Both the position numbers and the translations under genes were made by a program. Below, piece by piece: positions 1 to 8,225 of a stretch of 24,000 nt of DNA. Source of the DNA: an archaeon (lineage in GTDB: Archaea > Nanobdellota > Nanobdellia > Woesearchaeales > GW2011-AR9); NCBI GenBank assembly GCA_018697095.1, contig JABHSG010000001.1, positions 162,169 through 186,168 of the forward strand, written 5' to 3'. A model generated the notes under the pieces. The model did not search any database. It was not told where the DNA came from and was given only the letters and a program-made list of their open reading frames with translations. The first letter of the stretch is position 1, and every line of letters begins with the position of its first letter.

Positions 1-72
1 AATTCATCCAAGATTCGAGGCAAAATATCATTAAAAACAATCTCAAGGTCAGCACCAAGGTCTGTTTCTAAA

Positions 73-510
73 TCAACGCTCATAACTTGTAGATTCTTCA
101 CTTGTTTCTTTTTTTCTTTTTTCACTTTCAGATTCTTCACTTTTTTTATGATCACTTACTGTTTTATGCTCCCTTAAACTAATTTCCGTAACCAATCTCT
201 GAATCTTAAGCTCATTTCGTTTAGACCTAATATAACTAAAAAAGCTTATGAGATACAAAACACCTAAGCTCATCAAGATAATAAATTGTAAAGCTCCTTG
301 CACATGTAAGCTACCAAACAATGTATCAAATCTCTGAGGGAAAAGTACCAAAATAAGAAGTATCAACCAAAGAACTCCCCAAAGTACCAAGTCACCAAGT
401 GCAAATTCTTTTCTTTTATAATGAGTAAAACAAATATAAAACATAAAAATAGAAAATCCCGCCCCAATAAGTTGAAGTTCAAATATACCTGCCATTAGAA
501 TACTCTCCAA
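73..510 (-). CDS. small integral membrane protein, DUF2304-like (GT2-associated), with a charged K/E/S-rich C-terminal tail
   Basis: 145-aa ORF. About four hydrophobic helices lie in the first ~105 aa, followed by a hydrophilic tail. Its start overlaps the stop of the upstream GT2 gene by 16 nt, suggesting an operon. The family call is from memory of small membrane proteins adjacent to GT2 genes and was not searched. Confidence 0.5.
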   Translation of the reverse strand: MESILMAGIFELQLIGAGFSIFMFYICFTHYKRKEFALGDLVLWGVLWLILLILVLFPQRFDTLFGSLHVQGALQFIILMSLGVLYLISFFSYIRSKRNELKIQRLVTEISLREHKTVSDHKKSEESESEKRKKETSEESTSYER

Positions 511-1187
511 CTAAGCATCTGTATAAAAATCTTTATCCCATCAAATATAGTGGTTCCTTTATAGTTATCATGATATTGCGTTGCAATAGAAATCTCAGAG
601 ATTTTAAGTTTCTTTTTACAAGCGGCCGCAAGCATCTCAGTTTCCACAACATACCCAGAACTATTCCAGGCAATTTTAGAAAATACTCCTGACTTAAATG
701 CTCGAAACCCAGATTGTGTATCATTTATTTTTTTACCATAAAGAAGCCGAAATGTCGTATTAAGTACAAAATTTCCAAACTTAAATACAAAAGGCATTTT
801 GCGATTTGATTTTCTACATCCAATTACTAAATCACTTTTTGTTTCAAGCAAACAAGAGACAAATTCTGGAATCTGAGAAGCATCATGTTGTAAATCAGCA
901 TCTATTGTGATGATTACATCCACTTCTTCTCTCTCAGCCAAAATAAATCCTGTATAAAGAGCTACTCCTTTCCCAGAATTAATTGGGTGACGTAAAACAA
1001 AATCTGTCCCTTCACAAGAAGCCTTCGCAATATCAAAAGTTTTATCTGAGCTCCCATCATCAACTACAATAACAAAATCAACATATTTTTTAGTCAAAGA
1101 GATTACTTTAGAGATATGCTTTTCTTCATTGTAAGCTGGAATAATAGCTACAATTTTCAGATTATTTTTCATCATTTCTTTTTCCAC
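495..1187 (-). CDS. family-2 glycosyltransferase (polyprenyl/dolichyl-phosphate hexosyltransferase-like)
   Basis: 230 aa. It carries the GT-A N-terminal signature IVAIIPAYNEE...VVDDGSSDKT and the acidic motif TIDADLQHD. It is co-oriented with the GT4 gene 49 nt upstream. Confidence 0.85.
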   Translation of the reverse strand: MEKEMMKNNLKIVAIIPAYNEEKHISKVISLTKKYVDFVIVVDDGSSDKTFDIAKASCEGTDFVLRHPINSGKGVALYTGFILAEREEVDVIITIDADLQHDASQIPEFVSCLLETKSDLVIGCRKSNRKMPFVFKFGNFVLNTTFRLLYGKKINDTQSGFRAFKSGVFSKIAWNSSGYVVETEMLAAACKKKLKISEISIATQYHDNYKGTTIFDGIKIFIQMLSWRVF

Positions 1188-1236
1188 TTTAAATCACATT
1201 TCTCAAAAATAATTTTTTCACATTAAACAAATAATA

Positions 1237-2226
1237 TCACAAAATAAATGCAAGCACTACAAATATTAATTGAAACCCATAAAGTAAATACACTACTCTT
1301 CTCTCAGTTGCCTTTCCAAATAAATTCTTACTTACCCAAATCATCACATGTTCAAGCCCATAAAATTTTGAATATCGAAGGTCCAAACTACCATCTTCAA
1401 GAACTCTACCAAAACTTTCTTTTTTAAATCTTCCACGAAGTTTTAGAAAAAATTCTATTGCAAATGGGATAAATAAAATTATCAAAGCTTTCTCTAAATC
1501 TGCAAAAATTGCAACTGCGGCAATAAATGCCCCTGCAGAATATGTGAAGGTATCTCCGGGGAAAATCCTCGCTGGATATTTATTAAAAACCCAAAAAGCA
1601 AAGACACACGCAAGAAATATTGCGCACAAAACAGCTACATAACTAGCACCAACTTTCCAAGACAAAAAACCAATCACACTTACCATGATCATACTAAGTC
1701 CAGATTCTAGTCCATTAAACCCGGCAAGCATATTAGTTCCATTAGAAGCAACAACTAAAAACAAAGGAATCACAAGTAAAGGATATATTAGTCCTAAATC
1801 TATATTTCCAAAAAATGGAATAAACATTATACGTGTCCCAGCATCTACAGCCATTATAGGAAAAGCGCAAAGAAGTGTCAAAACTGGTTTTTGCCACTGT
1901 GCAAGTCCAATTTTCCAACCCAAGATATCATCAACTATTCCAATAATTCCTGCAATAAAAACACTCAAAAGTACTGCAAAAATTGGTACAATAAAATCCT
2001 GGCTTTGAAAAACAAACACTCTGATTGCCACAAAAGCAAACACTCCTACAGCAAAAGCAAACAAAATAGGGAGTCCGCCCATTTCAGCTACTTCTCTAGA
2101 ATCTAGTTTGTGTACATCTTTAGCAACTAATTTTGCATGTTTAGCGCGAGAAATCCAAAACCTAACACTAACAAAACTAAGTAAGAATGTCAAAATAACA
2201 AGTAAAATTAAGTAGCGATGGACCAT
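1237..2226 (-). CDS. polyprenyl-phosphate HexNAc-1-phosphate transferase, GT4 MraY/WecA/AglH family
   Basis: 329 aa and polytopic. Family motifs present are AKDVHK, IVDDILG, NGTNMLAGFNGLESG and PARIFPGDTFTYSAG. Confidence 0.8.
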   Translation of the reverse strand: MVHRYLILLVILTFLLSFVSVRFWISRAKHAKLVAKDVHKLDSREVAEMGGLPILFAFAVGVFAFVAIRVFVFQSQDFIVPIFAVLLSVFIAGIIGIVDDILGWKIGLAQWQKPVLTLLCAFPIMAVDAGTRIMFIPFFGNIDLGLIYPLLVIPLFLVVASNGTNMLAGFNGLESGLSMIMVSVIGFLSWKVGASYVAVLCAIFLACVFAFWVFNKYPARIFPGDTFTYSAGAFIAAVAIFADLEKALIILFIPFAIEFFLKLRGRFKKESFGRVLEDGSLDLRYSKFYGLEHVMIWVSKNLFGKATERRVVYLLYGFQLIFVVLAFIL

Positions 2227-2268
2227 TTTTATTTTATATTTACTTTTTTTTAATTAAATCACTAACCA

Positions 2269-3012
2269 TCAATTCAAATCTTCAATAATTTCTTCAGAAA
2301 CCCGCCTAAATGGTTTTTCATGTTTTATTTCTTCATGTGCCTGCGCAACCAAGCCAGCACTACGTGCAATTAAAAATATCCCACTACTTACTTTGGAATC
2401 AAATCCAAAATCAAGCAGCAACAAAGCAATTACTCCATCAATATTCATTGGAATAACCTTGCCTTTGACTTCAGAAAAAGACCCTTCTACTAAGCCTTTA
2501 ATATGCAAATATTTACTCTCATAACCAAGAGAAGCAACTAAAGCAAGTAACTCACGAACTCGTGGATCTCCTTGTTTATACACTTTATGTCCAAAACCAT
2601 AAATTGTTTTTTTATTCAAAATAGCATCATTAATTTTCTGTTTCCTATTATCTTCACTAAGGTCATGCCACAAAGCGTATTGTTCCATTGCCTTTTCCAT
2701 AGCCCCACCATGCACATTTCCAACAGCTAAAATTCCTGCAGCAACTGCACTACTCATCCCTGTACGTCCTGAAGCTACAAACCTAGTAGCCATAGATGAA
2801 GGAGTCCCCATTCCATGATCAATAATACTTAAAAGCATTTTATCAAAAATCTTAGCCTCAACCTCTGAAGCCCGCCTACCAGATAACAAAAAGAAAATTC
2901 CAGAACTAAAAGACATCTCTGAAAGTAAATCAGAAAGTTTCACACCATGAATGGTATGCATAGGTCCATCATCAAAATGTTTCATCTTTGAAAGTCTTGT
3001 TTGGTATTTCAT
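2269..3012 (-). CDS. short citrate-synthase-fold protein, citryl-CoA lyase-like (equivalent to the C-terminal domain of the ATP-citrate lyase alpha subunit)
   Basis: 247 aa. It retains the citrate synthase catalytic-His motifs GNVHGGAMEKA and GFGHKVYKQGDPRV but lacks the long N-terminal part of bona fide citrate synthases. It lies 23 nt downstream of the SucD-like gene on the same strand. Confidence 0.6.
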   Translation of the reverse strand: MKYQTRLSKMKHFDDGPMHTIHGVKLSDLLSEMSFSSGIFFLLSGRRASEVEAKIFDKMLLSIIDHGMGTPSSMATRFVASGRTGMSSAVAAGILAVGNVHGGAMEKAMEQYALWHDLSEDNRKQKINDAILNKKTIYGFGHKVYKQGDPRVRELLALVASLGYESKYLHIKGLVEGSFSEVKGKVIPMNIDGVIALLLLDFGFDSKVSSGIFLIARSAGLVAQAHEEIKHEKPFRRVSEEIIEDLN

Positions 3013-3035
3013 TATTCTAAATCTCTTTTTCTCTT

Positions 3036-3974
3036 CTACTCTTTTCCAAAATTCAAAAGAGCTTCTTTCATCAAGCGTCCAACATTATGGTGCACTTCAG
3101 CTATAATAACACCTGCTTCTTTTAAAGCCTTTACCTTCCCTTCACGCCCACCACTCCCAGATTCAATTATTGCGCCTGCGTGACCTAAAGACACATTTTC
3201 CATTCCCAAATCTTCAGCAAACTTTCCTGAGATAAAAGCAACTATCGGTTTCAAAAAAGCATTCCCATTTTTACGTTGCAAAATAAGCCATTTAGCTAAA
3301 TCTTCTTCACAAGTCCCACCTATTTCACCAAACAAAACTATTCCTTTAGTATCATCATCATTTTCAAAAAGAGAAACAATTTCAACAAAAGTGCTTCCCA
3401 TCAAAACATCACTTCCAACACTAACAATAGTGCTTTGACCAAGTCCTGCTTGTGTTAAAACAAGTGCAGTTTCGCAACTCATCCCTCCACTTCGCGAAAT
3501 TACACCAACTCCACCAACACTAAGTGCAATTTTAGATTTCCCACTAGCTATTGGTCCACATTTAGATTTACCAACAGAATAAATCCCAGCAGATGTTGCC
3601 CCAATTACTAAACTTCCTTTTGCACGTGCAAGAGCCAAACAATATGCCATATCATGAATAGGGATATTTTCAGTAATCACATTGATTAATTTAATTCCAG
3701 CTTCAATTGCTTCCACAATTGCTCCTTTTGCAAACCTTGGTGGCACCATTACAACGCTACAATCAATTTTTTTTGAAGAACCCAAGGCTTCCTGCGCATC
3801 TTTAATAGAATTATAAACTGGCACTCCCTCAACCTCTTGTCCTCCTTTTCCTGGTGTAACTCCTGCTACTAATTTAGAATTTGAAACAAGCATATCAATA
3901 GTGGACCTAGTCCCTTGCTTTCCAGTAATTCCCTGAATCAAAAAACGTGTATTTTGATCAATTAAGATACTCAT
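3036..3974 (-). CDS. acyl-CoA synthetase (NDP-forming) alpha subunit, SucD-like; probable small subunit of a citryl-CoA synthetase / ACL-like enzyme
   Basis: 312 aa. The N-terminus MSILIDQNTRFLIQGITGKQGT is the CoA-binding Rossmann motif. VTPGKGG is present, as is the phosphohistidine loop SLGHAGAII. Its start overlaps the stop of the beta gene by 17 nt. Confidence 0.8.
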   Translation of the reverse strand: MSILIDQNTRFLIQGITGKQGTRSTIDMLVSNSKLVAGVTPGKGGQEVEGVPVYNSIKDAQEALGSSKKIDCSVVMVPPRFAKGAIVEAIEAGIKLINVITENIPIHDMAYCLALARAKGSLVIGATSAGIYSVGKSKCGPIASGKSKIALSVGGVGVISRSGGMSCETALVLTQAGLGQSTIVSVGSDVLMGSTFVEIVSLFENDDDTKGIVLFGEIGGTCEEDLAKWLILQRKNGNAFLKPIVAFISGKFAEDLGMENVSLGHAGAIIESGSGGREGKVKALKEAGVIIAEVHHNVGRLMKEALLNFGKE

Positions 3975-5202
3975 TGCACACCCCTTTTTCTTCTTTTTTT
4001 CCTTTCTCTTTTTGCAATTTATATTTTTTTGATAAATCCACCATTATTGAAGCTGCCTTTGTCATTGCAACAGTCTCATCAAAATAATGTATATCAAGCC
4101 CATGTTTCTCTTTAACACTAGCAAGCATTTCTTTTGCTTCTTTATCATAAGGCCCAGCGCGTCGGATAACAATCGGAAAATCTGGTTTAACTTCTATCAA
4201 AACATCTGCAACACCAGTCAAAGTTTCCTTAATGTTAGTAAAATTTGCAATTGCTCCAGCAACAATTAAGCCTGACAAACCTTTCTTAGAAAGAACTACG
4301 CGTGTCAAATTTTGCACTTTCTCCCGTGAAGGATCACCACTATATTCTGTAAAGTTAGCAGCCTTGCCTCCAACTTCAAGTAAAGTATCCATAAGTGTCA
4401 TAGAAGCGCCACCACCACTTGTCAAAACCCCAATATCTCCGTTCAATTCAATAAATGTCTTTCCAGCAACTCCTCTTGAATCATTTTCATCAATAGCATT
4501 AGCTTTTAATTCCATAGATGTCTTTTCTCTTGAATCTACTCTTTTAGCAAACTTAATCTCTCTTCGATAGTTCGCATCATCGTCTATTACAACTACTGAA
4601 TCAACAGCCACAAGCCTCTCACTAGAATCAACAACCAAAGGATTAATCTCAAGCATCTTACAATCAAAACGTACAAAACAATCCCAAAGCTTCTTCATAA
4701 CTAAAACTAATTCACTTATAATCTCGTTCTCTAAAGAAGTTCCCTTAATCAAATTTAAACAATCTTCATCACTAAGCCCAATAAACATATCAATCTCTCT
4801 CACCTTAATCTTTTCAGGATTTCTCAAACGTAATTCCTCAATATCAACTCCTCCTTCAGAACTAAAAATAAACACCGGAACACGTTTTTTTGTATCAAAT
4901 AATATCCCTAAATACAATTCCTGAGCAATGTCTATCTTTTCATCAAGTAAAATTTCACTAATCTTCTCACCTAAAAACTCAGATCCTAAAAACTCCTTAG
5001 CCTTTAGCCTAGCCTCAGAAGCACCAGAAACAACAAAAACTCCGCCTGCCTTAGCTCTACCATTAGAAACAACTTGTACCTTGAACATTTTAGGTTCAGA
5101 AAACTCAGGAACATCATCAACTGATTTCACAAGAACCCCCGAACTTACAGAAATTCCTGCCAAATCAAATAACTTCTTACCTTCAAACTCCTTTAATTTC
5201 AT
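3958..5202 (-). CDS. ATP-grasp beta subunit of the acyl-CoA synthetase family, ACL/citryl-CoA synthetase type
   Basis: The ORF track gives 3958..5217 with a TTG start. I prefer the ATG at 5202 (MKLKEFEGKKLF, aligning with the SucC N-terminus MNLHEYQAK) because a TATA box lies ~26 nt upstream of it. The C-terminal domain has GVLTSGGGASMTLMD and NFTEYSGDPS. These resemble the ACLY motifs AGGGASV / NYGEYSGAP rather than the SucC motifs NGAGLAM / LDVGGGA. Confidence 0.75.
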   Translation of the reverse strand: MKLKEFEGKKLFDLAGISVSSGVLVKSVDDVPEFSEPKMFKVQVVSNGRAKAGGVFVVSGASEARLKAKEFLGSEFLGEKISEILLDEKIDIAQELYLGILFDTKKRVPVFIFSSEGGVDIEELRLRNPEKIKVREIDMFIGLSDEDCLNLIKGTSLENEIISELVLVMKKLWDCFVRFDCKMLEINPLVVDSSERLVAVDSVVVIDDDANYRREIKFAKRVDSREKTSMELKANAIDENDSRGVAGKTFIELNGDIGVLTSGGGASMTLMDTLLEVGGKAANFTEYSGDPSREKVQNLTRVVLSKKGLSGLIVAGAIANFTNIKETLTGVADVLIEVKPDFPIVIRRAGPYDKEAKEMLASVKEKHGLDIHYFDETVAMTKAASIMVDLSKKYKLQKEKGKKEEKGVCNEYLN

Positions 5203-5224
5203 AGAAAAAATAGTCAAAACAACG

Positions 5225-5232
5225 TATATAAG
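5225..5232 (-). promoter_or_regulatory. TATA box (CTTATATA on the minus strand) for the ACL-like operon; leaderless start at 5202
   Basis: The box centre is ~26.5 nt upstream of the ATG at 5202. The same spacing recurs at many genes in this window. Confidence 0.45.
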
Positions 5233-5289
5233 CCTTATGAAATCTCAAAAATTATTAATAATAAACTTAGAAAATTATCTATTAAAAAA

Positions 5290-5343
5290 ATATTAAAAAA
5301 ATAAAAAAAAAAAAAAAAAATAAAAAAAACAGGTCAAAGACCT
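5290..5343 (-). terminator. terminator of the S-layer gene: 5-bp hairpin followed by very long oligo-T tracts
   Basis: On the minus strand the stop codon is followed by AGGTC-TTT-GACCT (5331..5343), then T8, A, T18 (18 A's on the plus strand, 5303..5320) and further T-runs. Oligo-T is the known archaeal termination signal. Confidence 0.7.
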
Positions 5344-7835
5344 TATTCTTCACTAGCTTCTTCTTCTTCCTCAACTGCAACTTCTTCAGAAGGTTCTGAA
5401 ATGGTTGCGTCTGAGTAAGTGCTACCTTCGATTTCTACTTCTTCGCCTGAAAGTTCGTCCCATCTGTGAGCCATAACTCTTCCTGCAAGTCTTGTATCTG
5501 TTCCACTGTAACCTGCTACTAGCATTGCTACACTGTCACCGTTCTCGAATAGCTTAACATTAGCTACACCTGGTGTGAAACCTTCAGCACAATCGCTTGG
5601 GTTACCCATTAGTTCAGCTGCTACTGTGTTAACACATGGTCCACCAACTACAATCATGTTCTGTGCGTCAACGCTAGCTACTTCACTATCTAGTCTTGTT
5701 GCATCAACAACAGAAACTAGAGCTAAGTCTCCACTAACTGTACTTGTGGATTCAGTTGCACCACTAGTTACGTAAAGTAAAACTTCAGCTTGTTCTTCAG
5801 GAATAACTAGTTCATACTTATCAGGTCCTGACTGTGGTGAGGTTACAATTAAAGATTCACCATAACTACTATGGTAGTAACTGATATCACTATCACTAGG
5901 GTCAGTCACTGAAGCGTGAGCTGCTCCAGATTGCCCATCGTTAAAAGTTCCAACAGTGGTTGTGAAATCTTCGCTATCATCATCATTCAAAGTAACATTC
6001 AATACAACATATGGTGATGCAATATCGGTTGTATCATCCACTTTGTCCGCGTCATCAACCATTACTTCAACTCCCCAAGTAGAAGCTGCACCTGCTGCAG
6101 TATCGTTGGTAAGGCTATCAGACAATCTTACCCAATGGTTATCAGCAGTTCTAAAAGAGAACATTCTAAGATTCTCTTGAACACCATCTGTAACAAAATT
6201 GAAAATCCCTGAGTTACCACTACTAGCTAAACTAGACACATTAACTTTAAAGTCATCTGAAGTTCCAGCTGTGGTGTTAACAAAAGTATATGTAACTCCA
6301 CCAAGTCGTAGGTCAAATGAACCAGTTGCATCAACACTTGATTCATGTGTTTCTCCTGATGCTACATCTCTAACTTGAGCCTTAGGGCTTGTGTCAGTAG
6401 TTGCGTCTGTTCCTTTATACTGAAGCAGATAAGATTTTGCGTCAGCCTGGTCATCAGTTGGGTCAGCAGTACTTAAGAAGAAATAATCATTCTTTGTGAT
6501 TGCTTCATATTCAACAGCTACTAAAGGTTCAGCTTCCTTCTCACCAGCAAACATTCCTGTACTGTTAGTAAATACAAGTGGAACTGATACATCTCCACTA
6601 TAAAGTGTGGTTTGTAAGTCAGCTTGTTGATCACTCTCAGTAAAGACTAAGCTAGTTGCTTCTGTATCACCTTTAGATACTTCAACTAATTCCATGTCCC
6701 AGTTCTCTGTAAAAAGAACTTCAGGTTCATCTAAGTCAACTGCTTCACTTAGTTTCATACCTTCTCCAACATAAAGATCATCTTCTGCAGTCATGTTAAT
6801 GGAAATTTCAGTAATGGTAACATCTCCGCCAGAATAAGTTTCTGTAATCAGAACTGCTGCATCATTAATGGTTTCTTCATTAACTTTCATGTCGCTTCCG
6901 TCTTTTAATTCCAGTTTGTCAGCTCCTAAAAAGAAACTTGCACTGTGAATTCCACCAGCATAATCCTGGTAAGTGATATCTGTAACTCCAATATTAGTTA
7001 CTCCATCGCTAAGTACGTCGGTCTCACTATCAGATAATTTACTGGTTGTTTCTCCATTAATGGAAAACTGAGCTTCTGTAGAAGTTACTGAAAGTAACTC
7101 TACTTCATACTCTACTCCAGAGATTTCATAAGTTGCAACATCCCCTTCTTCTAATGTAGCGGAAGTTGATCCACCCATCAAAACAAGAGTAGTAGTGTCT
7201 GAATCATTTGTAGCTTCAGTAACAGTGTATGATCTTCCAAATAAAGTTAGAATTTCATCTTCAATGTCGTCAAAGTCTGCATTTGAATCTACATCTGACT
7301 CCCAGCTGGAAGTAAAATCTACTACAAATCTAGCAATACCTGCTGAAGAGTTGATTTTATAGAAGTATCCAATTGCTTCATCATCATCTTCTTGAAACTC
7401 AACTACAGCCTGGTTCTCATCAAAGTACAAGAACTGTTCATAGTCTGCTGTCCCTTTAGAGTTAGACAAACTTACATCTGCAAGTGCAGAAAGCATTGTA
7501 TCATCTAAGTAAGATTCTACGCTCTTAACTGACTCTGCAAGTTCTAAAAAGTTAGAACTTGTAGCTGCAAGCCAAGCATCTCCTTCAACAGTTGTTGTAG
7601 TAGATGCATCGCCACCAACATAGTACATGTTAGTTGCAATATCAGTCATAGCCAAGTTATCTGTAGAAGACGCTGCTTCCCCAACAACAAAGTATCCATC
7701 AAATGTTCCGTCAGAGACGAACATATCTGGGTAGTCGCTTAAATCTACTGCGAACGCACCCATTACAGTAGCACCGAGCATAATTGCTCCAGCACCTACT
7801 GCGCTAAGTCTTTTAATTACTTTTTTTGTATTCAT
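5343..7835 (-). CDS. S-layer / major cell-surface (glyco)protein
   Basis: The ORF track gives 5343..7844 with a TTG start. The ATG at 7835 yields the signal-peptide-like N-terminus MNTKKVIKRLSAVGAGAIMLGATVMGAFA. The protein is acidic and rich in T/S/D/V. The C-terminal block MIVVGGPCVNTVAAELMG...MLVAGYSGTDTRLAG resembles methanogen-type S-layer C-terminal domains. There are 8 N-x-S/T sequons. The gene is visibly more G+C-rich than its neighbours and has its own SD and a strong terminator. Confidence 0.65.
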   Translation of the reverse strand: MNTKKVIKRLSAVGAGAIMLGATVMGAFAVDLSDYPDMFVSDGTFDGYFVVGEAASSTDNLAMTDIATNMYYVGGDASTTTTVEGDAWLAATSSNFLELAESVKSVESYLDDTMLSALADVSLSNSKGTADYEQFLYFDENQAVVEFQEDDDEAIGYFYKINSSAGIARFVVDFTSSWESDVDSNADFDDIEDEILTLFGRSYTVTEATNDSDTTTLVLMGGSTSATLEEGDVATYEISGVEYEVELLSVTSTEAQFSINGETTSKLSDSETDVLSDGVTNIGVTDITYQDYAGGIHSASFFLGADKLELKDGSDMKVNEETINDAAVLITETYSGGDVTITEISINMTAEDDLYVGEGMKLSEAVDLDEPEVLFTENWDMELVEVSKGDTEATSLVFTESDQQADLQTTLYSGDVSVPLVFTNSTGMFAGEKEAEPLVAVEYEAITKNDYFFLSTADPTDDQADAKSYLLQYKGTDATTDTSPKAQVRDVASGETHESSVDATGSFDLRLGGVTYTFVNTTAGTSDDFKVNVSSLASSGNSGIFNFVTDGVQENLRMFSFRTADNHWVRLSDSLTNDTAAGAASTWGVEVMVDDADKVDDTTDIASPYVVLNVTLNDDDSEDFTTTVGTFNDGQSGAAHASVTDPSDSDISYYHSSYGESLIVTSPQSGPDKYELVIPEEQAEVLLYVTSGATESTSTVSGDLALVSVVDATRLDSEVASVDAQNMIVVGGPCVNTVAAELMGNPSDCAEGFTPGVANVKLFENGDSVAMLVAGYSGTDTRLAGRVMAHRWDELSGEEVEIEGSTYSDATISEPSEEVAVEEEEEASEE

Positions 7836-7846
7836 TGTTCTCAAAA

Positions 7847-7853
7847 CACCTCC
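7847..7853 (-). promoter_or_regulatory. Shine-Dalgarno site GGAGGTG of the S-layer gene
   Basis: CACCTCC on the plus strand, 11 nt upstream of the ATG at 7835 and only 2 nt from the TTG at 7844. This favours the ATG start. Confidence 0.6.
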
Positions 7854-8225
7854 AGTGTTTGATTGCCCATCAAGAGCAAATAACGATCACCTCTTTCCTC
7901 AAGCCTCGTCACATAAAAATCCCGAAAAGGGTCTGAAGTAGACTCCTCATTCGATTTTATAGACGAAGCTCTAAGAGTATCGAGTGTAATACACCAAATG
8001 AGCAAAATTCGGTTTATAAGCTTTTCGAAAAAAAACACCATTCTCACTAAAGAAAAACAACTTGAGCCACTCAGCCACTAAAATTCTGTAGTTTAAGCAG
8101 ATTACCATTTTAGTGTGACAACTAGAACTAAGTTCTATTGAATTGATCTTAAAACTCATCACAAATGCCAAAAAGAGTAAACCTTAATATAGACTTTCCT
8201 TTAATTAGCTCCAGGCAAAACAAAC

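Noticed and set aside
1-72. Partial gene at the left edge (a possible minus-strand ATG at 31)
   Set aside because: Only ~10 codons are visible, too little to support any call.
533-724. 63-aa ORF on the minus strand inside the GT2 gene
   Set aside because: It lies entirely within the well-supported GT2 CDS in another frame and has no motifs. It is a shadow ORF.
1685-2106. Plus-strand ORFs (107 aa and 71 aa) opposite the GT4 transferase gene
   Set aside because: They are antisense to a strongly motif-supported membrane-protein gene and have low-complexity translations.
3001-3183. 60-aa plus-strand ORF spanning the ccl-like / sucD-like junction
   Set aside because: It is antisense to two supported genes and has no signal of its own.
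3036-5202. Annotating the two-subunit ligase simply as succinyl-CoA synthetase (sucCD)
   Set aside because: The beta subunit carries GGGAS / EYSG-x-P instead of the SucC motifs, and a citrate-synthase-fold gene follows immediately. An ACL/citryl-CoA synthetase-type assignment fits better, though phylogeny is needed.
4087-5296. Plus-strand ORFs 4087..4269, 4232..4570 and 4928..5296
   Set aside because: All are antisense shadows of the ATP-grasp beta-subunit gene. Their translations are Ser/Pro/Leu-rich, typical of the reverse frames of a real gene.
5575-6180. Plus-strand ORFs 5575..5775 and 5956..6180
   Set aside because: They are antisense to the S-layer gene. Open antisense frames are expected there because of its higher G+C content and biased codons.
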